Shown here in pieces: positions 1 to 12,664 of a stretch of DNA of 64,000 nt (position 1 is the stretch's first letter; the number at the start of each line of letters is the position of its first letter). Location: NCBI GenBank assembly GCA_046563655.1, contig CM102290.1, positions 9,052,001-9,116,000 on the forward strand. The letters run 5' to 3'. This DNA is from Yuukianura sp. NJ FZ-2021 (lineage: Eukaryota). The notes under the pieces were generated by a model. That model saw only the letters and a list, made by a program, of their open reading frames with translations. It ran no database searches and had not been told where the DNA came from. A program made the position numbers and the translations under genes.

Positions 1-102
1 TGACACGCAGGAAATGGAACAAAAGTGAGATTGAATGCGAGTTAATGCTAAGGAAAAAATGGTGAGAGAAAGTGTAATTCAATATCGTTTCTCTTTTTAC
101 AG

Positions 103-3100
103 CTTGGGATTCAGCCTGTTGTTGGGTGTTGGAGCTGGTAGACTCTTGTCTAATCAAAAGTCAGGAACGAGGGTTAACTTGGTCAAAGGTTTCCTGGTCC
201 TTGGCCTCTGTGCCTTTGCTTCCAAAACTTGGCTACGAAATGAAGACTGGCGAAGTCGAGAATCACTTTTCACGTAAAAACGTTTCAACAATCAATATCC
301 ACAGAGACTATAAGTTCATATTTAGTCGTCAGACAAAAAGACTATAGCCTAACTTAATTTTTGAGACACTTTGGACCACTTTCTGCTCCCTCTGAACCCA
401 TTAGTCAAATTCTCACTTTTCAAGAACACAAAACAGAGGGGAAAGGGCAGCCTCAACGCCTTTTCTCCGTTTTTAACGAAGAGAAAGCGGAAAAGCCTTC
501 CTATAATGATCCTCTGTCTTAATTTGATTTTAAGTCCTTGTGGTTTAAACGTGTCAAAATCTTTTCCCATTTATCATTCCCATTTTTCCCTTCCGAACGT
601 CGGTGCGAACAAGGCATAAACCATAAAAATACCTTCACTCCTCTGGAAAAAAATAAATAAAGTAGCTTTGATTTCAGGTCTGGCTTAAATCTTCTACCCC
701 AAAATGCAAAGATGCATTATAACTACGCTAATCTTCAGAAGGATTTAGGGAATACAGTCAAAGCCATCCATCACTACAAGGAAGCTCTGCGGTAAGTTTT
801 TACCAACTTCTTCAAAACTTACGAACGTTATTAATTTCTCAACCACCAACTTAAAATTATGATGCACAAAACAAAAAGCTTCCCAAGCCTAGAACGTCTT
901 TCAGCCGCCATAATTTAAAATTCCCCAAGTATCGATTTCCCCGCACTCACTACTGTACACAAGAAGGAAGTTGATGGCCCTAAGTCTTGGCTTGTTGCTC
1001 CATTGCTCGTCGTCCTCTTTAGAAGTTCCTAAGGCCCTTGCTGTACTTGACACGGCTCTCGTCGTCTACCACGAATTCTTAACTCCGCATATAGCCAGGA
1101 GGAACAAAGTTTCTTTCACTTTTTAGTAAATTAGAAAAGATGAGAGGGAAGAAAGCGGGAGGAGGAGGAGGAAAAATTGGCAAAAGTTCTGACAAGGTAG
1201 TTAGAACAGAGCACACAGTTCCTGTTCCAGTATGTGGCCATATGTGTGGCCACGGAGAAAAGAGAAAGCAGAGGAACCAAAGTGTCAGTTGACTCTGGGA
1301 AGATGATGGAGAAAAAGGCTACCTCACTCCATTGTGAATCACTGCACGCAGAGGTTTTGGATTCCATGGATTCTTAGCACACCTCTTCTCCGTCCTTAGC
1401 CAACTCCACTGTCATTTGTATTCCATAAATGTACTTTTTGCATTTGCACACCTCCACCGTCTGCCAACGGAAGCAGATCCGTATCATCCTTCCTCACATC
1501 TTTCTCCGCAAAATCATCTTCATAAATAGAACACAGGGAACAGGACCCATAGCATCTCTAGCTAAAGTGGAGTTGCAGTGACGATTCAGAACAAGTCGCC
1601 AACTCAAACCAAACACACAAATATAAATTGCTTTCTCCACACTTTTTTCCAAAACCAAACAAAAGCCGGTTCATTTTGTAAATAAATTTACGGTTATCGC
1701 TAAACTAAACTTGCCAGGACTTGCCCAAATTTTGCAGAATTTGGAAAAATTTGGCACAATTTGGGTTGGGTTCACGGCGCCGGTATAGCTTCAAAAATTT
1801 GCCAACAAAAAATCGCAAGCTTCGCAAAACAATTATATTTTTCCATAACACATATAATTTCCATTTTAGAAAAAAAAATCAACACAGAGCAACTAACTTC
1901 TCTCCAACCTTTATACACAAAAGTTGCTAAAAACCGAAAACTAATACAAAAAAATTGAGTACTTTTGATGTTACCGAAATGATACACAGAAAACGAACTT
2001 TGTCCAACCCTAAGTCCGCTCGATTTGTAGAAACCGTCGTGCAAAGGCCAGCAATTTGTTAGAACATCGCAGTATATTTATTCCTACAAATGTAAAACAA
2101 GATCAACTATTCCGGAGAATCTTGTCGTCCGCTCCACCCGAGCGGGGAGTCTGGACTGGCTGAGAAGTTGGAGCGAGCAGTTATTCAAAAAAGAAAAATT
2201 ATGAGGATGGCAAGAGGCCTTCTGAGGGACCTTAACTTTGTCCCATTATTCTAAAACGAAGAGACTGGAGCTGAACTTCCTCTGCTTTCTCCCATTTGCC
2301 ATCCAGAACAGCCCCATCACCCTAATCCTTACATTGTAACAACCTTACATGCTTAACAGGGGAAATGCATGGGCATTGAAATTTGGAACGACCTAAACTC
2401 AGAATTCTGAGTTTGAGAGACGGAGCTGTCACGAGGAGTCGGAGAGCAGTGAAAGCCTCCAACATAAAAAGCCCAAGTAGTCCCTAGCTCTGCCAGAATA
2501 AGGAAAAGTGTCTTCCTTTCAAAAAAAAAAAATAAAAAATAAGACTTCAGGCCTTGGAACTCAAAATAGTAAAAATAGACATCAACCTCTCCCAAATGAA
2601 TAGAAAAATAGAAACAGGAGAAAAATGGGGCTTTATAATCTCTAGAGAACTTTCTCTTCTTTCACTCCCTTATAAACCCCGTTTCTCCGCATACGAACTG
2701 CCAGACGTAGCACGCCGCCAAAATTCAAAAGCTGAAAGTCGGATAGTCGGAATAGGAAAAATAAATGCTCGGCACTTACTCACTTTCAATAGCTCAAGGT
2801 AAACAGTAAAGTGAAATGAAGGAAGAGCTCCTCCAAGAGCACAACAAAAAAGACAAATAATGGAGCAATATAAGTTGCCGAAATCTCTCACGGGAAGCAT
2901 CAAAAGCTACATGGAACCTATTATCTCCGAATCTCTCCGCCTCCTACTACTCTCCCACCATCCTAGATCCTCTTCACAATAAGTTCAAAGTGTCAACTGA
3001 ACCAACACCAAACTCCTTCAGTAGGTGACATGAAGGAAGTGGACATTTACTGATCCGCCATTTACAACTTAATGACTTCATGTCCCCACCACAAGACGTG

Positions 3101-6100
3101 CCTTTTTTCTTAAACTGGACGCTTCTTCAGTCCAAGATTCACTTGGGATTTAGAAGCCATTGCAGACGTATTGACTTGTTTCCTTTCGTCCAGGAAAACA
3201 GGAAATTAAAATTCTGTGCTCCCCAGAGAAACTCCTAATGTCACACCTCTGTCTCTCAGGAATCAAATAATGGTGGGGAGAAAAAAATCAAATTAGAGGA
3301 CAAGAGCCTGTGAGTGATTTCAAGTCGTCAGTTCAATGCTGTGTTCCAGTAAAGAACAATTTCTTCTCCAAGAAATAACTTTTGTTCTCTTACTCTTACA
3401 TATACAGTAAAAATTCTCAAATTGCAACTCACTGTGATTGGTTGGTTTGATCGGCGCCTACCGTAAACATTCTGATTACATTACAGCAATGGTACTGGAC
3501 GGACCACCGAAAGCGTTAACCAAAACCGTTGATATCTTTAAGGTTTAGCTACCTCCAAAAACTCAACATTTAACCATGTCAAGAAAAGAAAGAGTTGCAA
3601 TTTGAGAGAGTGTACTGTACGTTTACTGAACCGGAATGTCCAGTTGGACCAGTTAAGATTTCGGACCCCATTCCGGCTGAACGGAAAGTGTCCAAGGAAG
3701 GAGAAAAAACCCGGGAAGTTTCCAATTCGGAACACCTTAGGTCTAGAAGAATCCTGACTCTTCGGCATACTCGCACGAAGTACAAGAGTTTCTGGAAGGT
3801 GGAAAAGGAAAAGTTAGGTGGACCAGTCGATTGGAAGGATGTTGGAATTAAATTAGTTTTGGGGGTTCCAGCAGGACTTCTTGAGGACGCGACAGGGAGA
3901 AAAGCCACGAAGAAGAAAGTAAGGACGAAAGTTTAGGACGGAAACTGGAGACGTTCCGTGCGTATTTGCAGACTTTTAGTCGGACGGAAAAGGAGAGAGA
4001 GAGAGAGAAAGTCCTCGAGCAGAAGTCGATCCTGTCAATTTCGTTTGTTGCTTATCACAGCTCCCCTTTTGCCCTACCTCCGTTACCACAAGCCTCTAAA
4101 AGTAAAAAAGATAGAATAATATGGAGTGGCACTGGGAATGCCAACTCCTCGTCCCTGTCACTTTCCCTGTCCATTTGCAAGATTCCCTTGACTCCTTCAA
4201 TTCCTACAACTCAACACTCCATTGTCTCCCGGACATGTCAACTTCCTCGGAGCACAATAGGTCTTAGACTAGCAGAGAGGAGGCCCAATTTTCCAAGGGC
4301 GCTTCAACCATTTACAGTTATATCAACAAAATCACAAAGAACTTTCCACCTTTTCCAAAACCGATAGCCCAATGGGAAACAAAAGTTTACTTTCACTCCC
4401 TCATCGCAGGACAAAACCTGGTTTTAGAACAAGAAGAAAAGAGAGAGACCTCTACAACTCCCATTTCCTTTTCTATAGCTTCCACTTTCTTTGTTTGAGC
4501 TCAGAATTCTAAATTCCATGCTCATGAATTCCAAAAATATAGGACTGAAAAAGAAAGAAAGTGAGGAGGTAATGTAACTTCTCCTGCATAAGTATACATT
4601 CCACGAGATCTTCAACAAGGAGACGAAGAACGAGAGGAATAAATTTAGAGAATCGGAAATCATAAGAATGAAAAAAAAGAAAAGTAAGGAAGATGACGGT
4701 GGTGGAATCGATGAGAAAGTTGGAACATTAGAATACTTTCTTTACTTTCCCACTCTTTCTCCGAGCCTGATTGAATTTATTATACAAATTTGAATTGCAA
4801 TTCCCGCTTCTTCTTCCTCTTTCTTGTGACAAAGGACGAAAAGACGAGGAGGAGGGGTTCATTACAGGCAATCTATCGTTTTACATGGTTCAATGCCTTC
4901 TTTCTTTTGCTTACGGAAAAGGAAAGAGAAAGAGAAGATGTAGAGAGAGACGTTACAGAGGAGTAGTAGCTCCAGGGATTTCTTTCCTGAATGAAGATTA
5001 TGTAGGACTCTGTACATTAGTTACACTCAAAACCCCCACGACTACTTTACAATACATTTTCCCCGCTAAAGATCCCGCATCTCATCTCCCCCTCTTCACT
5101 TTCACTCAGACGTTTTCTCTTTTACCAAAGAAGAAACACCCACCCCCGCCCTCCCCCTGCCTACAAATTCCTCTTTGAGAGGAGAAAGCATGCTTTCTCT
5201 CAACGCTCTCTACTCAAAGGAGTAGCCGTAATTATTTTCACTCCATACGCCCAAATACCATCAGGATCATCATCACAACAACCCAAAAATGAGTCACTTT
5301 CTCTTGCTATGATCCTCCTTGAGGAGGGGAAACTCCAGAAACAACTTCCTATTCCATCTCCCTTCCCCATAGGTTACAGGAAACGCACGCTTCCTCAGCA
5401 CAAGAAAAATCTGAGCACATTATTTATGCATAAGGGAGACTCATATTTCTCTCTTAAGAGGCTGAATAGAAGTAGTTAGTATGACATCTTAATCAACGCT
5501 CTTCCCCTCACTACCATCGAATAGAGAAACATGAAACGTACGGAATCACAAAGAACTTGTTAAAACATGATCTGATTCCTCAAAACATGATAGTACCTAG
5601 GCATATGGCAAAAAAACAGCAGAGAAAGCTTAGTATGTAGCAGAACACGCTCCAGCGCTTCCTCTTTTCCATTGTTCTATTGTTTTTGACAATCATCATG
5701 TTGGTTTCTATGGACTGCGCGTCCATTGGACTAATTTATCCCATCACAAAGGAAAGTGAAACTTACATCCGCTGTTCCATTAAGTGCATAGGAAATCACT
5801 TCCATGTGAAAAGAAAAGAAAGTCGCCTGTTGATTGTATAGTTTGATACTTTCACAAATCCCATATAACACTTCTGTTCTGCTCAAAAGGCATGAGATTC
5901 TGACTCTCATAATAAACCGGTCGTAAACCGGAGTTAGAAAAGTAGCGACAGATACAAAGAAAGAGAAGCGAGACATACAACGATAGTTGACCTTTGACCT
6001 GGAAGGAGTTGACCCATCGGAATGATATTTCCGGGGTTACTGAGGTTTAACGATGCAAATATATTCCGCTTTCAGGAATAATTGGTGCCGACAGACAGAC

Positions 6101-9100
6101 AAGATCAAACCATAAAGAGGCTGTCGCTACTTAAATAATTTATAGGACTGAAAAGAGTTGTTTCTGACTTTGTGTTTATACTTTCTCTCAGGTTGTGGCC
6201 ACATCATGCCAGTGCAAACAACAATCTGGGAACACTCCTTAACGACTCGGAAGCCGAAGCTCATTTCCAGGAAGCACTCCGAATCAACCCAATCCATGCT
6301 CATGCGTTCTTCAATTTGGCCAACCTCAAACAGTAAGTCTCTCTTTTGTTCTCAAGCCTTAGATGGGGGGACACAATATTCAATTCCTTTCAAATTAGCG
6401 TAGAACAAGGACCTTACGTCTCCATCACCCGCAGCCACTTTCTCATCTTACCTATTTAAAAATGGTAATTGGGAAAGTGAGCTTTGTGTTCCCTGCCTAC
6501 AAGAACGCCTGTCTAGTTACTTCCCTCGGAAGCCTTCCACAAAGCCTTGTATGAGTCGTGTTCCGTATGCAAAAGAGAAGTAGAGAGCCTAATTCGAGCT
6601 AATAATTCCCCCGTGTGGACTCAATTTCCAGGAAGCTGCTAGCGTCAGTTTCCATTGCCGCCTTAAACAAGCGCCTAGTAGTAGGAATATGAGATGTTGG
6701 GTTTGTGTAGCCCAAGACTGCAGAGCGACAAATGAAGATGGACGTGGGGAGGCGGGTTCTTCTTCTGATTCCGAGGACTCAATCATAAATTATTCCGTCT
6801 GCTCTTCGTCTTTTCTCCTTCGCTCTCTTCCGAAGGTCGAATCTCCTCCAGGTTTATACTGTGTATACTACAACATGAGGAATGGAAGCGTCTGGACCTT
6901 CTACCGAATTCACTTGAGACAATTGATGCAGACGTTTGAGAGGAAGAGTGGCAGGCGGAGTCGTTCCGCAGTTGCCCATGCTTTCTCTTACTTTCATTTT
7001 GGCGGAGGAAGTGTCGCTCCATTACGGCCGGTCAGGGAAGGAGGGAGGAGATAATGGCTGGATCCAAGAAAACTCCTGGAACAGAAACCGTCTAAATAAG
7101 TTATTATAATGATGGCTTTGCTCTCGAAATTTCTGAATGTTACCTGGAACACTTCCAAATCAAAGGAGAGAGAAAGTCACTCCCACCCTCCTTCCCACTA
7201 ACCATCTTCTCTCTCTAGAGTCTTTAGGTTTAGAGAAAGATTCCATTTTCTGGCCGTATGCTGGAGGATACTAGTTACTACTAGGAAAATGCTGGGAATA
7301 CAGATTTCCTACTCCACTAGTACCACTACTTTACTACACTTTCTCTCTATTGAGAAAACCTTTTGTAAAGACCAAGGGAGAAAAAAAGACAACGGAGGCA
7401 GAGGAGAGTACTGGATTGTGGACCGTTTCCGTAAAAGAATTATAGCTCATCAGTGAAAAGAAAAAACAGAGATGTAATCATCGGAACTTCCATGCTGAGG
7501 CTGCTGGCAAGGCGGGAAGCTTTCGTCCTATCCCACTATATACTAAACTTTTTATACGTTTTTAGGATCTTATAGAACTGAAACTGAAGAAAATCCTTAC
7601 TCTACGCCGTACTATCTCACTTCATCATGACTCCTTTCTCTTTTCTCCTCTGATTTCTCAATGGCCTCCAAACACGATTTCTGCCAAACTTGCACTTTTC
7701 CTCCTCTCAAATAATTCATTTTAAGCTTTTCCTCCCCTGTTACTGTTCGAGATTAGTTTCATCATCAGTTTCACTATAGTCGTACAGGACTCAAACGCCG
7801 TTCAAAAGGAACAGAACGAATCTATAGAAAGAACAGAGGAATCTTCATCAGATATCTCTTCAGATTGGATAGTTAGTATGCAACTTTAAGACATTCCAGA
7901 ACCTTTTTTGAGTTTAACTATTCTCTCTCAGAGAAAGGAGAAAGTAATATCCCATATTCAGCACAACCTCGTCTTCTCTTTTCTAATCCAAAATTAGATT
8001 CCTATTCAACTTTTGCTTTCTCCTCTTATTTCAAATATAAAAAGGAAAGGAAGAATTTTAAATTCAATTGAAACCTCCTCTCCCACATCCTCATTCTCAT
8101 ATGTATCAGCAGTGACTTGAAAATAAATTAAGAACGGGGTTTAGCAGAAGTAGTTTTCCAACTTTGGAAGAAACAACTGTGCTGGGAAGCATCTCATCAT
8201 TCTCTCTTTGTACTTTTTTGCCAATGAAAAGTTTGTGGAAGAAGGAAAATGATGATGGCGGAGTCTGTTTCACTTCCAGTGGCACGAGTCTGCTCAAATT
8301 TCAATGGAACTGATGATTGTATCCATTTGAGTTTTTTTTCTGTCCGAAAATTGGCTCCACTTTCCTGATCAATTGCTCAATTTCTAAATGTCTAAACGAC
8401 TCCTTGACAATTATGGTGGTTAGAAAGGGGATTTTGATTCTAGGGCTAGAATTCGAATGACTTTCACTTTTTCCTTGGAACAAAGGAAGACAAATTGGGC
8501 AGACGGAGGAGGTCAAAAGATGAAACTGATTCTTGTGGAGCCGTAGAAGTAGTTACATGTAACATCATTACCCTCTTTCCTAACTAGAAGTGCCCCATCA
8601 CTCATATCTCCCCTCACTTTCTCTCTACTGGAACTTGGCTTTATCTCCTCGTCTGGTTAGATCCGCCGAACAGATGAAGAAACCGAAATTACGACCTACT
8701 CGTATCCATCAACCTAAAAAACTCCATTTCTTTTCACTCTCCCACACAATCATCGATTTCTCTCTGCGTCTTTCTCCCGTCTAATCTCCTTTCTTCTAAT
8801 CATTTCCAGTCAACAAGGTCATACCAATTTTGCAATTCGATTAATGGAGAGGTCACTGGAGTTGGAGGCAAACAATCCCGATGCCCTCACTAATCTGGCT
8901 GCCATGTACGCCGACCTTGGTTCCAATTCGAAAGCCAAAGAAATCCATTTGAAAATTTTGAAACTTGAGCCAAACTCGGCAGACCATCTGAACAACTACG
9001 CCGCATTTCTCCAGAAAATCGGTAAGAAAGAATTCTATTCCATTTTTTGGAATTGCGTCAGCACGGGAGCATCATATCCAAAACTGAAACAATTCTTTTG

Positions 9101-11671
9101 AATGACAAAAGCAGACATTTGGTGATGACCTCTCTGTAGGGGTATTGCCTCTAAATGAAAATGATACGATCTCGTCTTAAAAGCATTTGAGCTCTTCCGG
9201 CGCCCCTATAATAATAACACCAACAACATTTCCAAAAAAACGACATTTCTTCTTGCTTCCTTCTATTCCATGCAGGTCGTCTGGAAGAGGCTTTGCATTT
9301 TTATCAGGAAGCACTGCTTAGAGATGCAAATCACACCGTGGCTCTCCTCAACACGGCCAGACTTATAAAGAAGTTTAATCTTCACGACAATGCAGAATCA
9401 CTATATCAAAGGTTAGTCCTTTTTTAGTAAGTGGGGAAAGCGGGAAAAGGAAGGAATATGACTTTCTCTTTAGAGCTGGAAGCTTTCCACGAAATATTTC
9501 ATGTGCCCCTTGCTCTCAACGCTTAGATAAACAAAATTGGCACAGAGTGTGTGGACATGCCAAGACAAAAAAAAATGTATGACCATAAAATAATGGTTCG
9601 TAAATTCTGAAATCGGGCGGAACTATTCAAAGGAGTTGTAGAAGAACTTTGATGAGGACGTAACGATGTAAAGGAGAAAGTTATAGGAAATATGAAACCT
9701 TTTGTCTTCAAATAAACTTCCAGAGCACTGCTTCAGAATGACGATCCACAGACAAAGGATGGACTCGGCGTTCTGTATCTTAGTACAGGCAGAGCAACCA
9801 AGGCGGAAGTACTTTTTACAGAAGCCCTTCGCATTCTTCCAAATGATCCAATAGTCCAAATACATTTGGTAAGTTCAAAAGCATGAGCGGGAAGTGAGGA
9901 CCATTTGTCAGTTACTACTAAAATTCAGCACGACCTCTCTTCCTCATCTCTCCTTCCGCCGACAGAGATCAGAGGAAGATCCTCTGATGTTCTCCTGCTG
10001 CCAAAAAATGAATATTTTCCAGCTGAATAAGATCTTTTAAAAACTTTGGCAGACTCTGCTGCTAAGTAGGCATGAAATTTTACTTTTCTCCATTAAGTCT
10101 CAGCATTTTGAAAGACTGTTGGCAGTGGCACACTAACTTTTAAACCCAGCAGCAGCACAGCTTCCAGCCCATTCTCATCCGGCGGAAGGACTTTCAATTA
10201 TCCTACCGTTAAAAAGTCTCGCCAATTAATCACGCTTTTACTTACAACAAAGGAGCAAGGTCGTGGTGATGTTAGTAGAATCAGTAGAATGTGAATAACC
10301 TTTGGTTGTCATGAAATGGCGAGGAGAAAGTGATTTCACTTTATGTTTCCGTTTTGTGACTGAATTTCTTTTCCTCTTTCCAATTCCTAGGCCCAAGCTC
10401 GTCTGCACTTACGGAAGTATGACGAGGCAGAGAGTCTTCTACTCTCCGTTATGGAACAGACAAACTCCAGTCAACGGGAAGCTCTCCATCAACTTTCCAT
10501 TCTTTACAGTCATTTGAACCGAACGTCAGACGCCGTCAAATATATTAAACTAGCGATCCGTACCTGCAGTGAGACAGAAATAAGCTGTGTCCCAATTCAC
10601 GCCTTTCATGGAGATCTTTCCAAGGACTTGGAAGATTTAGACTCCGCAATTCTGGTGAGTTCTTCTCGTCTATCCTACCAAAAAAAAACTTTCCCGGGTG
10701 GAGAAAGTAAGACTCTTTTTGAAACGAAAAAGCGAGACGATGTTGTCAAAAGAAGTAGTTATAAACGGAGATTCCCTTTGCCATGTCCAAAGGTTTTACC
10801 TATCACTCAAATCCCCTGTCTTCTAATGAAAGCCCAAAACAAATGGTTCACATAAGGTCGGAAGTTCCCACTTAATTTCAGTTTTCGTAGTTTGTAGTCA
10901 TTTACAACATTCAAGAGACGCTTACGTTTTTATGAGAGACACTCAAATTAAAATCTGATGAGTTTTGTCATCTTACAATACACGTGCCTCGAATTCAAAA
11001 TGTAGAAATTGGCAATGAATTAATTTTAATCAGCAATAAAAACCTTCTTTGAAGTAGCTTCACTCAATTTGTCCCCCAATGAGACCTAGAACTTCTAAGA
11101 ACCTAACCAAATCAATGTTCCGATCCGACCAAGTCAAAGGTCAAAAGCTAAAGCTACGGTTGGTTAAGACGTTTCATCGTCTTATCGTTATCGTTATCGT
11201 GAAACGTTATCGTAACGTTTCACATAAAACTCATTCTAAACTTTTAAATTTTTCAAAATACAGAGCTATAAACGAGCAGTGGAGATGCTGATCGAATCGA
11301 AGAGGTGCTGTATTAATCAAAAGTACATGATCCCGTCATCCATTGTTACTCATGTACATCTTAACCTGGGAGCAATTTACCATGGACAGGTAACACACCG
11401 ATTTTTACCTCGTTATCACTATGACATACTACTACAAGCAATAAAAAGTGAAACGGAGTAACTTACCTTCTAACAGGGAAAGTTCAAGGAAGCCTGGACC
11501 CACTACAACGAAGCTTTAGCTCAAGACTCCAGTAACGTCGTTCTTCTCCAAAATATCGAGAAATTAAAACGAGCCGAGATGCAGCATAAGAACAATTCGT
11601 CGTGTGACGGCAAGAAGGGAACCAATTTCCTCTCCAGGCACCAAAGTCTCCCAAGCCCAACAACCAGATAG
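103..11671 (+). CDS. TMTC1: TMTC1-like protein O-mannosyltransferase (transmembrane + TPR repeats), 3' part; 5' exons lie upstream of the window
   Basis: Phase-consistent GT-AG exons 103-273, 678-791, 6192-6332, 8810-9021, 9276-9411, 9724-9868, 10391-10654, 11264-11389, 11477-11671 (TAG). The translation contains KTWLRNEDWRSRESLFTSGLNLLPQNAKMHYNYANLQKDLG...LWPHHASANNNLGTLL...HAHAFFNLANL, the TMTC post-TM motif followed by TPR repeats, closest to the TMTC1 pattern (NAKxHYNYAN, HASAxNNLGTL). Confidence 0.9.
11199..11223. repeat. Perfect 11-bp inverted repeat adjoining a short (TTATCG)n tandem array in a TMTC1 intron
   Basis: GTGAAACGTTA-tcg-TAACGTTTCAC, preceded by TTATCG x3 (11182-11199). Confidence 0.8.
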
Positions 11672-12664
11672 TTTCCTGTGGACTAGTTTTACAAACAAAA
11701 CAAAACATATGCATATTAATCATAAATTGTCTAACAAATGAAATGGTCGTCATATTCTTGTCATCTTAACTTTAGTTTGTTCGGCATAAACAAAAGGCGA
11801 TATTTATCAGACAGTAAAGATCAGTAAAGCGCTTACGAATTCCGTTGTCGGCTATTTGGGTCGTCTTGTGTCTCGGATGTGTCGTTTCTTATGTTCTGAG
11901 GTAGCGGTCAAGAGGTCACAAGCAATTCTAACGACGAAACCACCGGTAGCTCCTGTAACGTTGTTGATGTCGTCTTTAGAAGGGAGGACTGTCACGGGTT
12001 AAAAAAAAAGTAAACAAACTGGTTGCACAAACAGCCACTCACAGCTCCGGCGGCACCACAGCAACAGAGTTGGGCAGAATTTAAATAACTCAAAATTGAA
12101 ACAAAAACCATAATTTCACTAAAGGAATCAAAATCAGTGCAACTAATTAACAAATCAATTGGTGCTCAGTGTAACGTCTTCGCTGTAACGAATACTAATG
12201 ATGTTAAATCTTCTTGCCAGAAAACGTCAGAGGATCCTCAACCTCATCACTTTTGAAATGCTGTTTTGTCGGAACACATTGCAATTTTTATTTAAAAAAG
12301 GACGTACGAATTAAGAACTAATAATAGTTGTGATTAAATTCATAAATGTAGGTCAATATTTACTGCAGACTTCAATTTTCATCAATTTATCTCCATCAGT
12401 CACTTCGGTGGATTTTTCCGTAATAAGAACATTACAAATGATAACTAAGTCGGTAATCTACTATGAAGAATTTTGAACAAAGTGAGATGCCAAAGTTGAC
12501 CTCAGTATAGCTGCGAAAGAGAGCTCGGAATGCCTTTTGAAAAATGTAAACTACGTAGTGAATTAATCCGTCGTCTGTCGACATTACTCGTCAAGTTTAT
12601 AAAAGGAATGCAGTTGAACGATCATCAAGCATTGTTTCATTGTAGAATAGGTTCTTCGTGGGAT

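Noticed and set aside
1630..2050. AT-rich segment with recurring AATTTG(G/C) units that looks transposon-derived
   Set aside because: No terminal inverted repeats, TSD or second copy identified in the window.
792..8809. Many 60-135 aa ORFs inside the two large TMTC1 introns (e.g. 3595-3936, 3966-4367, 4771-5178, 6689-7054) as a possible nested gene
   Set aside because: No recognisable domains, low-complexity purine/pyrimidine-tract translations, mostly non-ATG starts, and no phase-consistent exon chain found.
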